64,000 bases of DNA from Glaucostegus cemiculus. Lineage: Eukaryota. A program made the translations under genes and the position numbers. The notes under the pieces are model-generated. The model did not search any database. It was not told where the DNA came from and worked only from the letters and a program-made list of their open reading frames with translations. Shown here piece by piece: positions 51,290 through 64,000 of this stretch (position 1 is its first letter; each line of letters starts with the position of its first letter). Location: assembly GCA_976551045.1 (NCBI GenBank), contig CDPCPM010000010.1, forward strand, positions 17,050,001 to 17,114,000. Reading direction: 5' to 3'.

Positions 51290-51565
51290 CACTAAAGAAG
51301 GCCATTTGGCCCATCAGGTCCAAGTTGTCTCCTTGGGGAACAATTCTCTCTCTTCCTGTAGCATTGCAGTTTATTCTCTCTCACACATTCCCGTCAATTC
51401 CCTTTGATTCCTTTTGCCATTAACCTACACAAAGAGGTAATTTACAATAGCCAGTTAACCAATCTGCATGTCTTTTGGATGTGGGAGGCAACTAGAGCAT
51501 GAGGAGAATAAAAAAAACTGCACAGTCAGACCTGGGAGATCAACACAAATGCTGTGCCACCATGT
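51290..51565 (-). mobile_element. V-SINE remnant
   Basis: tgcatgtcttttggatgtgggaggcaactagagca. Confidence 0.5.
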
Positions 51566-53539
51566 CACCAGGATGAGTCTGCTGAGTGCAACAAATTCAC
51601 TCCAGCGTCTCACCGGAGGGCGCATTACATTACATCACTTCACTGCACTGGCACTGGAGTACAAGGCAATTTGTGAGATTTATGACATACTCAGCGAAGT
51701 ATATAGCAGTGATATCTATTTTTCTCATCATCCTACGTGTGAGGTGAGTTAGAAGTGAATAGTATTTTTATATTAAGGCATATTATTACAATATTTTTCT
51801 TCTCCTTTCATGGGATGTGTTTAATGAGAGTATTTGAATAACAATTTCTTCAGGTCCTCATTGAATTCCAGTACACTTGCACAGTGGATTTTACCTAATT
51901 AGAATCATTCCATCAATGGTAAGTGGCCACTTCCCTCCAACTATCCTAGTTAACAAGGTTCTATTATCTATAAATAATTTGAATCACTATATCCTTCTGT
52001 AAATGTATATTAACTAATGGACTGCAGAAGAGTACAATTGAGGTTTTCAAGTCAGAATGATGTGCTTATGAAAATACTCAGTATGCAAGCAAATTTCATC
52101 AAAAACTGCAACCACAACTGGACAGTAACAATTGTGGTATTTCTGAACTGTAAATTAATTGCTATGTTTTTAAAACGTTGCCTTGAATTTTAATTTTGAA
52201 GTGGAATCATACAATTTCTCTTTATGTTCTAGCTGATCTCCAGTTTTAATGCCACTGATTTTGAAATGATTTTATGACATCAGTAGGATTCCAGTTTTAA
52301 CCTGGGGATGAGTGGGGAAACATATGTCTTCTTCCCCACCAGGTTAAAGAAGGTTGGCAGTATGATAAATATACAAAGAGACAAGGAAGCAAGAAAGAAA
52401 TGCTTTTTGAGGGCAAGGGGAACAGGATTTATTTTTGTCCTTTGAAAGACTGCCGTCCCATCTACCGTTCTAAACATTAATTCTCTCCACCACCAATGTA
52501 GTGTCTGCAGTGAGTACCATCTACTAAATGGAATGCTGTTAGTGGCCTAGCTTACCTTGATAGCACCTCACAAACCCATTATCTGCACCACCAAGAACAA
52601 GGGCTTCACCATGTCATAGATGTGAAAAAAACCAAAGCCAGTAAGGGATGGGTAAGAGGTCATAAACATGTGCCGAATAGATTTCATGAAGAGAGTCTTT
52701 GGAAGGTTTGGCATGGGGGTGTGGCAATTCATTACAGGAGAGAGAGGACACAGCTGGGAAGGAGATCGATATCACATGGGATAAAGAGTTACTCAATACG
52801 GCTGCTGAAGGAAGGAAAGAGGAGTGAGAAACCCAAGGTAGAAAGAGGTTGGGCAATAAACAATTGGAGTAATAAATTAGATTTGAGACGGTTGGAAAAG
52901 ACTGAAGTGTTTATAGAAAGAGATAAGAGTATGGTGAGAGATTGAGGGTGCTCTGATGATGCACTGTTTAACCATTTCCTGTCCTCTACTTAATTGCTTT
53001 ATGGCTCCCATATTCCAGTTGCATAGAAGTACATTTAGCATACAGACCAGTAGAAGGCTATTCACCCCAGCTGGTTCATCTCGATAAAAATGCTTCATCT
53101 GAGCTTCCTTCTGCTGCTTGTTATTAAACCCCATCAATGTATGATTCTGTTACTTTCTCCAGCTTACTCTTAAATATATCCACACTGGTTGCCTCAACTA
53201 CTCCTTCACATTCCAACCACTCCCTGAGTATAAACCTTTCTTCTGGATTTCCTATTGGACTTATTAGTGAATATTACTCTTGTTATTGGTCTGCATTGAA
53301 ATAGGATTCATTTCTCTGGAAAAGAATGATGACCTTATGATATGATTCAGCAGAATCAGTAGCCTCTGATGAAAAGGAGCAAACTAAGTTAATACCATGC
53401 AACGAGGAGATCCACAAGTATCCATGGATGATGTATGTCATGGTAGAACTCAGAATAAAGTTAGCAACTTGCTGGAGGTTTGATTTCAGGACAATAGCTG
53501 TGATAATATTTAAATTATCATGTAATAGTAATTTGATTT

Positions 53540-54360
53540 AAACAAGATTTACATTTATATAGCATGTTTTGTGTCCCTTTCAAGATGTGTCAAAGCCTGT
53601 TACAGCTGAATAAGTAGATGTTAAATATAGTCAAAATGTAAGAAGCATGGCAGCTGGTTTATGCACAGCAAACTCCCACAAGCAAGGTGATAACGATCAG
53701 GTAATCTGTTCAGTAATATTGATTAAGGGATATTATATAATTCCTTAATTAGCTAAAATAAACTGTGCTATATTTGAATATTAAAATTATGTAATTATTA
53801 AAAATCCTTATAGGTTTTAAAATATACACGTAAAGTTGGTTAGGTGCAGGTTTAAATTTAATTAAGTACCCCTCATGAAAGATTCCTTTTTGCAGGTTAA
53901 TGCCTTACCTCACAATGCTGCAAAGTTTCAGCATTTCTTCTCAATAGACTCTCCAACAGTCTACTCCAAAGTGCTATTTATAATGTGTATTTCCAATCCT
54001 TTTCAAGACACCACAGGGCACTTCAAAGCCAATTAAGTCCTCTTAAAATGGGGCTGGGGGTTTGTTTGTTATAATGTAGAAAACATTGCAGCCAAATTGC
54101 GAACAGCAAATTCCCATGAATGACAATGTGAAACTGACCAGAAAATCTCTTTTAGAAATGTTGACTGAGGGACTGACATAGGCTAGGGCATTAGGGTTAA
54201 CTCCACTGCTCTTTAAAATGGTCTTTTTTGTTCACCTGGGAGAGGAGATGGGGCTTTGGTTTCATACCTCATCCAAAAGGTGACAGCCCTAATAGTCATG
54301 TTGCCCTTCAGTAATGCCTGGAGTGCTCCGGTCTCTGATGTGGGACTTGAACCTGGAAAC
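53540..54360 (-). mobile_element. Two DeuSINE remnants (about 53540-53735 and 54000-54360)
   Basis: gcagccaaattgcgaacagcaaattccca...gtgggacttgaacc. Confidence 0.65.
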
Positions 54361-56609
54361 TACGGAGTGAAATTGCCATTTTTTTCCTAAAAGTTGGCAC
54401 AGGTTTTTTGTTGTTAATTTGAGCTATTTAAAAACTGGATGGGATTTCAGTGTAAGAAGTCTTGTGTATAGTTTCAAAATGTAAATATCAGGCACAAATT
54501 AAACAACAAAAAGATCACAAAGTGTTTAAAATATTAAATAATTCATTTTGGAGGGACCTGCATTATTCTTCAGAAAATGAATAAAACTGATCAATTTGTA
54601 ATTTGCATTGTAGCACATTTTGGCATCATTGTGCAGTTGGGTTTGGCTGTCCAATAAGTTTGAAAGTAAATATGTATGCCTTCATGCAATTTTGGGCCAG
54701 GGAGCAATAATTCCATGTAAATTTGATGTCAACAGAGGAATATGTCTGCTTTTTGGAATTAGACCAACTGAATTTAATCACATTCACAAATAATCTCACC
54801 ACTGCTTCCCATGTGTCTGAACTTTCAATTCATCTTTTTTTATTGTACTGTCTGTCTCTTACTTTGCAGATGATGCACATGTCCTTTCGAATTTCTTGTT
54901 ATAATAAGAAACAACGTTGACAGCGCCTTATTACATTTTAAAGGAACTGGCTTGAAGTTATGTAGATACATGCAGTTCACAAGTTATCACACTACACATC
55001 ACATCAGATTAGCAAGTGTAGTGTTTATTTTCATTGAGAATAATAAGTGACAAAAATCAGGTTAATACTTTCCACTGAAGTTAATTAGTGTTCACGAAGA
55101 CTCAGTGTCAAAAATATCTAGCCATTTTCATCATTGAGGTTTCATTCGAATAGATTTACTGTCAACTTTTCAGTTCCAAAATGAAGGCAGATATGCTCGC
55201 AACCAGTGTTGGTAGTAGATAATGATTTGAAGTCATATATTCCCTGCAACTACCTAACAACCACCTCCAGGAATATATATACATATATATAAAATATATG
55301 TGTGTGTTGTGGGGGTGAGTGCTGTTCAGTGATGGTTTTAAGGTATCTTTAAGTATTACACCTAATATAGGATGACAGACAAATAACAACTTGACCTGAA
55401 GTGACTGAAATGATGATAATATTTAGGAGGGAAGGTAAACTGTAATTGTTTTGGGAATTCAGGAACTTTCAGACTTGGATTGTCTTTATAAAAACAAAAT
55501 ATCACAACAGATTTGCACTTGCTCTCAATTTCTTAGTTTATGCTTTGGTTGGTTAATGTTTTCAATTTTGAAAGTGGCCCATAAATCTTTTCTCTTCTGG
55601 CAGTCAAGTGGAGCAGGTGGCTTCGGTATTTGATTCAGCCATACGAGTAATGGAGGTTGGCTGTGTGCTGCCCATCCCTTTTCACATTGTGCTAGGCAGC
55701 TCATTGTATTTGTGCTGCCTGCTAATTATCATGACTCACACGGGCAGCCAGCATTTCCTGAACTATACATCATCTGTTCCACTGTTAGTAAGTGTGTGTA
55801 ACCAGTGGCCTTAAAGGGAAGACGCACAAGCTGTACACACAAGAGAAAGCTTTTTAATGTGGAAAGTATTGTAATGAACACTGAGAGAATACCTGCATTT
55901 TTCAACATGACCTGGAGATCTTGTAGTTGTAATGGACAGGAAGAGGGAGATTCTCCTCTGTCCAGAGAGGTCAGCTCCTTCACCAGTAATGAGGATGTCA
56001 ATCACAGTAGCCTGGTTCCACGGACATGGCTGAAATGTGGGATAACATTCAATGCTTACTAGAGTTATTAAGGTAGAAATACTGCTCTGGTCCTCTCTGT
56101 TCATATGAAAACCAACTGATGATTCACAATTCAATATATCCCTGTCTTCCGTCTTCTTTGATGCTACCATTATCCTCTGTGCTTAAGGCAGGTTTATAAG
56201 GTTGCCATGCCTGCAGATAAACTGTTTGTAATGATGCCAGCAAGGACACAGTGTGCTAAGTCGCCTTCTTCTTTGCATAAATTTTGATGTTTCTATGAAT
56301 AGTGTAACAGAGTAAAACCTTCCCTCAGTATCAAACTGAACTTTCAATTGCATAAAATAAACCAATATCACCCAGAAATAAACCAGTAGCAGAAACTGTC
56401 AAACAAGGAACAAGTATTGCATGATCCCTATTAGAGCCTGACAGTATCACAAGTTGTAGGATGAGTTAAGCTCTGGGACATATCAAAATCCAGAAATATG
56501 TCTTTCAGGAAGCATAGAATTTAAGTGGTATTTTTATTGTCAAACAAACTTGCTGTGGGCTCTTGATGCCCATGGATAATGCAAGTGGGGTTTTATTGAA
56601 AAATAATTC

Positions 56610-58140
56610 CTGGCGGCAGTCTCCTGACTTGCTTCTTTCAATATACTGGGATATATGATAGCAGGCCCTGGGGACTTACCCACCTTAAAACTTTTCAGAA
56701 GGCCCAGCACTATCTCCTCCTTAATTTCAAAATGTCCCAGCACATTAGCATGCCCCACTCTGTTTTCAGTACCCTCCAATTTCTTCTCCTCAGTAAAGAC
56801 TGATGCAAAGTACTCATTTAGTATCTCGGCCACTTGCTCTGACCCATAGCACAAATTCCCCCCTTTGTCCTTAAGTGGACCTATCCTCTGCTTAGTCTCG
56901 ACCTGAAACATCGAATGTTTATTTCTCGCCATAGATGCTGCCTGATCTGCTGAGTTCCTCCAGCACTTTTTGTGTATTGCTCCTAATTCCAGCTTCTGAA
57001 GAATTTCTTGTGTCTTTCTTTAGTTATCCTCTTTTTCTTAATGTAAATATAAAATAATCCTTGACCCTGCTCTCCAAGGACATTTCATGGCCTCTTTTGG
57101 CCTTCCTAATTGGCTGCTTGAGTACTTTCTTGCTATCTTTATATTCCATAAGGACCCAGTCTGATTTTAGCTTCCTAAACCTTATGTATGCATCCTTTTA
57201 CTTCCTGACTACATTTAGGACCTCTTGGGTCATCCAAGGTTCCCTCACCTTACCATCCTTGTCCTTACTCCTTACCGGAACATACCAATCCTGGACTCTA
57301 CTCATCTGGTCTTTAAACAACTCCCACATGTCAGACATGAACTTGTCCAACAGCAGCTCCTCTCAATTAATGCCCCTTAGCTCCTGTCATATCAGTTGTA
57401 ATTTGCCCTCCCCAACAAGATCCAATTTTATCCTTAACTATCTTAACATAACATAACTATCTTAAAATATAATGAGTTGTGGTCACTATTTCCAAAATGT
57501 TCACCCCCCTATCAGGTCTGTCACTTGGCCTGGCTCATTTCTCAAAACTATGTCCAGTATGTTCTCTCCTCTAGTTGGACTCTCCACACACTGTTTCAAG
57601 AACCCCTCCTGGATGAACTGAAGAAATCCTGCCCCATCTAAGAATCTTGTTTTAGGGAAGTTCCATTCAATACTGGGGAGTTACAGTCTCCCACTACGAC
57701 AACCCTAATGTTTCTGCACCTTTCCATTATCTGTCCACGTATCTGTTCTTCCACCTGTCGGTGACTATTGGGAGGCCTATAGTATATTATAATCATAATT
57801 GCACCTATCCTACTTCTGAGCTCCACCCAAATTGCCTCCGTGGGTGAGCCCTCCAATATGCCTTCTCTTGAGTATTGCTGTGACATTCTCCCCTATCAGT
57901 AGTGCAACCGCTTCACCTCTTTTATCCCCTCTCTGTCACATCTAAAACAACAAAACCCAGGAACATTGAGCTGCCAGTCTGGTCCCTCACGCATCCAGGT
58001 CTCTGTAATGGCAACATCATAACTCCATGTACTGAACCAGATTCTAAGTTTATTCTCCTTGCCCAATATACTCCTAGTGCTGAAATAAACATATTATAGC
58101 TCATTAGACACACCATGTTTATTAGCCTGTCCCTTGCTCT
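56610..58140 (-). mobile_element. Decayed CR1 (endonuclease region) interrupted by a Penelope fragment at about 56895-57015
   Basis: EAIWVEL...YYRPP, EILNEYFASVFT motifs; insert gtctcgacctgaaacatcg...gagttcctccagc. Confidence 0.8.
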
Positions 58141-58514
58141 CCTTCCTTTCAACCATACTTGTCATAATATCTTTTTTGTCCTCAACCCTACCACCTGTTG
58201 CCCCGCTGCTGTGGTTCCCAACCCCCTGCCACTCTTAAGGTTCCCACTTCCCTTAACAATTGGAGCATAATCATTGCGAATAGAATAAAAGCACAGAAGA
58301 AGACCATTCTGCCCACCAAGCTTCGAAAGAACTATCCATTTAGTCCCACTCCATTGCTCTGCAATGCCTTTCACTTTAAGTATTCATCGAATTCTCTCTT
58401 GGATGCAAATATTGAATCTGCTTTCACCAGTTTTTCATGCAAAACATTTGAGATAATAATAACTCACTGCATAATTTTCTTTCTCTTCATGTCCCTCTGG
58501 TACTTCTGCTAGTT

Positions 58515-59260
58515 TGTTGATGATACTAGCTGGCACTGTGGATTGTGAGGAGGCTGCAGAGAAGCTTCAAGGAGATTTCAATGGCTTAAATGAATGGGAG
58601 AAGACATGGCAGATAAATTATAATATGGAAAAAATGAGGTCCTTTAGTAGAAAGAAAATAGTAAGTCGGTGTGCATTTTTAATGAAGATGGATTGAAAGA
58701 TATTGGTGCCTAGAGACATGTTGGGGACCTTGGACACAAACAACTGAAAATTTATAGGCTGGTTCAGCAACACTCAGGAAGGCAAACGGTATGATATCCT
58801 TTATTGTATGAGTATTGAACATATCTTACTGCAATTATATAACTCCATGGCAAGTCTGCACCTGGAATATTGTGTGCAGGTCTAGTCTCCCTGCTGAGGG
58901 AAGGATATACTTGCAAAAGAGTGAGTTGCAAGTATATCCTTCTGCTTCTGCAATGAGAAGGTAATTTGTCTTATGAAAGTAGATAAAGCATGTGATCTCA
59001 TTGAATCACACAAAATTCTTTAGGGGTTAACACGCTAATTCATTAATAAGGTTTCTCCTGGGGCTAGAATCTGAAAATAACGGGTTGGACATTCAAAACT
59101 AAGATGAGAAGAAATTTCTTCATCCCAGTGTTGAATCATTGGCATTCTCTACCCAAGAGAGCTGTGGAGTCACTGAGTATGTTCAAGACAGAAATTGATG
59201 GATTTTGGGAATTCCTGGGATTCAGGGTGCTGAGGGTAAAGGATCAGCCATGATTTTACT
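58515..59260 (+). mobile_element. Decayed CR1 RT C-terminus and 3' end
   Basis: KLQGDFNGLNEWEKTWQI; ggatcagccatgat. Confidence 0.7.
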
Positions 59261-59269
59261 GAAGATAAT

Positions 59270-59575
59270 ATGTTTCCAAATCAGGATGGTGCTTGACTCT
59301 GAGGGAAAATTGCCGGTGGTGTGTTTGCATGTACCTGAAGCCTTTGTCCTTCTTGATGGTGTGATTATAGGTTTGGGAGGATCTACTGGAGTTTCCCAGG
59401 TGAGTAACCACTGTATATTTTGTAGATAGAACAGACCTCAGCCACAGTGCACCAGCAATGGCAGAATTAATATTTAGGATGGTAGATAGAACACCAATCA
59501 AGCAGCAAGGTGCTTTGTCCTGGATGGAGTTGAGCTTCTTGAATGTTAATGGAGCTGTACTCATCCAGCAAGTGG
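59270..59575 (-). mobile_element. LINE 3' fragment of uncertain clade; related piece at about 52450-52610 (plus)
   Basis: LKKLNSIQDKA...LIG-type motif. Confidence 0.5.
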
Positions 59576-60899
59576 GAATGGGAAATGTAGACCAGGTATG
59601 TGGCCTAGGCTGGGCATTGGGAATGTGGGCTGGATGTGCATTTGTAACTGGGTATTTGGCAATGGACCAGAAATGTGGATGGAACCAGGGAATGGGAACA
59701 TAGACCAAGTATACAGTTGTAGCCGGGACTGGGACTATTCCATATGTGATGGCTTATCACATTCCTCTCTTCCTATTTGTTAATTTTCCTCTGTGGATGA
59801 AATTGATGCTCTTCACAGAATTCCACTTTAAACAATAGTTAGAACAACAAACTTGTGTTGATATCCTCATCACATTGCTAGCACCAGGGAATCTTGTACT
59901 CCTACTGTGAGGCTAATTGAACTACCATCACAAGGTGAGTGAGACATTCTTTGAGCATAGAATTTACTGCATGCATTCTCTTCTGTGCCTTATAGTTTAT
60001 TCCAGACATGAATTATCTTTTCTTCCAATTCTTGCACTCTGTTGTTTAGACCCAGCAATGATTAAGAGGTCTGGGGTCAGGTTGTTAGGCATCTCACTGA
60101 GGATAAATGTGTTGGGCACCCAATTATTTTGAATTCCACATATCTGAGTTGACTATGTACCATTTTTGTATTAAGCTGTGTTCCCTCTGCTAGTTTGTAA
60201 GGATTAAAGATATAGCTTCTAGCCAATTCTAATTAATAAAGTCACAATGGAAATAACATTAGTTGGCCAGATCTTCAAATGAGAAAATAGAACATTCTAA
60301 ACTGTTTGTACTTCATGTGTGAAGTAAAATCAGATCCTCATTTTACTTAAGGAAGACTTAATAAAATCTAATTACTGAACTTGAGGATTATGTTACTGCT
60401 GATTGATTCAATTGACCTGATGATTGGTCTCACTTTGAAGCTGTCTTGTGTCTGTACCAGAGCATGTTCATACTGCACTGTACAAACAACACTCAAGCAT
60501 GACAAGGTCATCAAGAATTCCACCCTGAGATGTGGGCATCATTGACAGGGTCTGTGTTCATTTATCCATTCACTGAATGTCCTCGAGAAAGTGGTGGTGA
60601 GCTCCTTCTTTATCTTCTTTATGCCAATATAACTTGACAGATAAGATAGTGGCAGATCGTAAGATCCAGGATCCTAACCCAGCAGTTATGAAGGATTAAT
60701 GGCATATTTCCAGGTAAGGATGGTGTATAATTAGGGAAAATTTGCAGTTGGTTGAACTACCATGGGACTAAAGCCCTAATCTTTCCAGTTAACAGAGGCT
60801 GTGAACTTGGGAGCTTCTGACTATTTCAGGAGTGCAGTTAAAAGTCAATTGCACTGACACACAAATCACATCAAGGCCAGACTGGTTATGAGCGCTGGT

Positions 60900-61680
60900 T
60901 ATTAACTTCAGGAAGTGGGGGTGGGTGTGGGGGTGAAATGATGCTTATGCTCCTGTTTACGTCAATGGTGCTGAGGTCAAGAGGGTTGAAAGCTTCAAGT
61001 TCTTAGGAGTGAACATCACCAAAAGCCTGTCATGGTTCCACCACATTGATGCCATGGCCAACAAAGCACACCAGCACCTCTACTTCCTCAGGAGGCTAAA
61101 GAAATTTGGCATGTTTGAACATCAGCAATTTTTATTGATAGAAAGCATCCTATCTGGACGTATCATGGCTTGGTATGGCAATCGCTCTGCCTGGTACTGC
61201 AAGAAACTGCAGAGAGTTGTGGACACAGCTCAGCGCATCGCAGAAACCAGCCTCCCCTCCATGGACTCTGTCTACATTTCTCACTGCCTCAGTAAAGCAG
61301 CCAATATAATCAAAGACCCCATCCACCCTGGACAATCTTTCTGCCCCCTTCCATCGGGAGAAGATATAAAAGCCTGAAAGCACATACCACCAGGCTCAAG
61401 GACAGCTTCTATGCCACTTTTATAAGACTAATGAATAGTCCTCTTGTACGATAAGATGGATCCTTGACCTTACAACCCATCTTGTTATGGGCCTGCACCT
61501 TATTGTCTGCCTGCATTCCACTTTCTCTGCAACTGTAACACTTTATTCTGCACTCTGTTATTGTTTTCCCTTGTACTACCTCAATGCACTGTTGTAATGC
61601 AACAATCTGTATGGGTGGCATGCGAAGCAAAGTTTTTCACTGTACCTTGGTACATGTGACAATGATAAACCAATTTACAA
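60900..61680 (+). mobile_element. Rex1/Babar 3' fragment
   Basis: KAHQHLYFLRRLKKFGM...IESILSG motif and shared 3'UTR. Confidence 0.88.
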
Positions 61681-61853
61681 ATCAGCTGGTTACCATAGGT
61701 TGTTTTTGTTTCAAGATTTATTAACTTAACTGAGGTAAACTTCCAGGCTTCTGTGGTGAGCAGTAAGTTCATGCATTGGATCATTAGTTGAAATCTCTAA
61801 TGTTACCATTCCACAAACATAAGTATATGCTACCAGAGATGCAGTTTAGTGCT

Positions 61854-62123
61854 CTGGATGCCGGAAAATAGCATCGGGGTGCTAAAAATTCTCATTCTAA
61901 AATTTACATACTTTTTAAAAAATGTGTTAAATGAATTAGAAACATGCACAAAGTTAATTAACAGGACTTCTGTCTGTGCAAAATTGTTTTTGGGCATTGC
62001 ACAGATGAATTTCCAGGCTCAAATATTTTTCAGCAATTAAAGAGACCATTAGTGAGAATTTAAGAAGAGTTATGTGTGGACTCTAAAAACTTATTTGCTC
62101 CATGATCACAAATAAAAATTCAT
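61854..62123 (+). repeat. About 270-bp direct repeat, copy 1
   Basis: Aligns by eye with 63671-63947 with scattered substitutions. Confidence 0.9.
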
Positions 62124-63670
62124 TAAAATCGCATAGGCAAAATGGTAATATTATTAGACCATACATTATAGTTGATGTACTAATTCATAGGTATCTTTTG
62201 CAATGTTCAGACATATCAGATATATTAAAAAAAAAGGTAAATAAATTTGCCACAAAATTTCTCTGTGTTGCTATTCTCGTGTTACAATGGTGTTAGTCAT
62301 TTCCACAACACTATTTCAAAAGGTTCCAAAACGTCTGTCAGTGCCAGTTCCAACAGTGCAAGTGGACCCATTCATGCAATGCTACTCTGTCTCAGAAACA
62401 ATAGGGGCTGGAAATCAAATGTCCTGCGTTAGTAGCACCTTTCTTCACTGCTCTGACCTTTGGAAGTAGTCCTTAAAGGGTTGCACTACCGTACAAGCTG
62501 CTGGGGATTGTGGCAAGGTATGAGTGTATGTCACAATGATGGGAGTGGGGATGGGTGACCCTTCCTACAACTTGCAGGGGCTTCTGAAGAACAGATAGTG
62601 TAGGAGGCAACCCCCTTGTCAAAGTAATCTCAGAAGAAGTTGTTGCCAGGAGGTTTTTCTTGGGGATACGTGTCTTCTATGAACGCTTGCACTTTTTGGA
62701 TCCTTGCTCTGCAACCAAATGACTCGCCTAGATGTGGATTAAAGAGTATAATTTATCAAAAGTCAAAGGGTATGCTCTTGAATTCTGCAACGCATCAGTG
62801 AGTAGCAAAGTGTCATATATAGCACATTGCAGCAGAGGCTGCCTGCAAGGATCAAGAGGAAAGGATTCTGAGAGTGAAGGTAACCCTGACTTTGACTCTG
62901 AGCAGCCACTTGAGTTTGTTTGGTGGACACTGCTTGCAAAGTCAAAGTCACCCTCACTCAATGAAACGTTACCCTAGACTGCCTCCAATGAGACGTGCTG
63001 TTCATGTCCCTTTGCTGCCCACTGCTGCTCTGTGGAATTTGTGATAAGCTCCATCAACAAGGAGGAAGACTTCTGATTTTTGAATGTTCTTACTTTGCAA
63101 TCAGACCAGGAAGGGGAATTTTTCTGTTTTACAGGGCTCTCAAATGTTCAGGCACTCAAGCCCTTAAAGCAGCTTCCTGCTCTGAATGCCACCTCATTTG
63201 TCAGATGTCTTTCTCTGTATTTTCACTCACTCCTGATCTCATGAATATGGAACTGGTCTGCTGTCACAGGATTTCTTCCAGCGTTTCTGTCCACTTAATT
63301 TCAAGTGGGAGACTGGTGAAACCATCTGATATGGTGATGACGGGATCTCAGTTTTCATCGGTCTACTTGAAGGGTATAAGGACACAAGAAAATAAGTCAC
63401 TCAGTCCAACAAGCCTCCCCATCCATTCAATATGATCATGGCTGACCTGCCCCTGTCTCACTTCCTCTCCTGTGCCAGTTCCTCATCACTTTAAATCCCC
63501 AAATCTTTCAAAAAACAAATTATGTCCCCTTTAAAAACTTCTAATGAACTAGCAATGTGTAGCACTCTGCCTATGATGACAGGAGCGAATAAAGCTCCAG
63601 TTGTGGTTCAAACCAATGTTCAACTGGTTTGAAATTATCTTCACGTTTTGCATAATTGTTGACAATAATT

Positions 63671-63947
63671 CTGGATGCCAGAAAACAGCACCAGGGGTGC
63701 AAAAAATTCTCATTCTAAAATTTATATACTTTTTAAAAAAAATGTGTTAAATGAATTAGAAACATGCACAAAGCTGATTAACAGGATTTCTGTCTGTGCA
63801 AGATTGTTTTACGACATTGCAGAGATGAATTTCCAGGCTCAAATATTTATCGGCAATTAATGAAGCCATTAGTGAGAATTTAAGAAGAGTTGAGTGTGGA
63901 CACTAAAAAAAACTCCTTTGCTCCATGATCACAAATAACAATTCATT
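63671..63947 (+). repeat. About 270-bp direct repeat, copy 2
   Basis: See copy 1. Confidence 0.9.
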
Positions 63948-64000
63948 ATTAGTATAAAACATGATTATTTGAAAGTTGAATCATGTACAGGTTTTGCCCA

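Noticed and set aside
60322-63633. 9-bp inverted repeats near 60322 and 63608
   Set aside because: Short and AT-rich; plausible by chance in 64 kb

Overview
Eukaryotic, repeat-rich vertebrate DNA. The mix of CR1, Rex1/Babar, Penelope, V-SINE and DeuSINE repeats points to a cartilaginous fish, probably a ray/batoid (inference from memory of these families; no search was run). No long intact host CDS is visible. Main contents: (1) the 5' half of a young CpG-rich Ty3/Gypsy LTR retrotransposon (1-2779, minus strand) with a 236-bp LTR, a tRNA-Trp primer site and a canonical -1 frameshift signal; (2) a decayed near-full-length CR1 LINE, two near-identical young CR1 3' copies and many older CR1, L2 and Rex1 fragments; (3) two inverted 409-bp solo LTRs, each with its own 5-bp TSD; (4) Penelope remnants carrying minimal hammerhead-ribozyme motifs; (5) a very young non-coding retroelement present as a head-to-tail 1.2-mer (47640-48689); (6) candidate small host exons on the plus strand (49 nt, a 15-nt microexon, and a terminal exon with an ITIM-like motif) that the ORF track cannot show. 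Most short ORFs in the track are spurious or repeat-derived.
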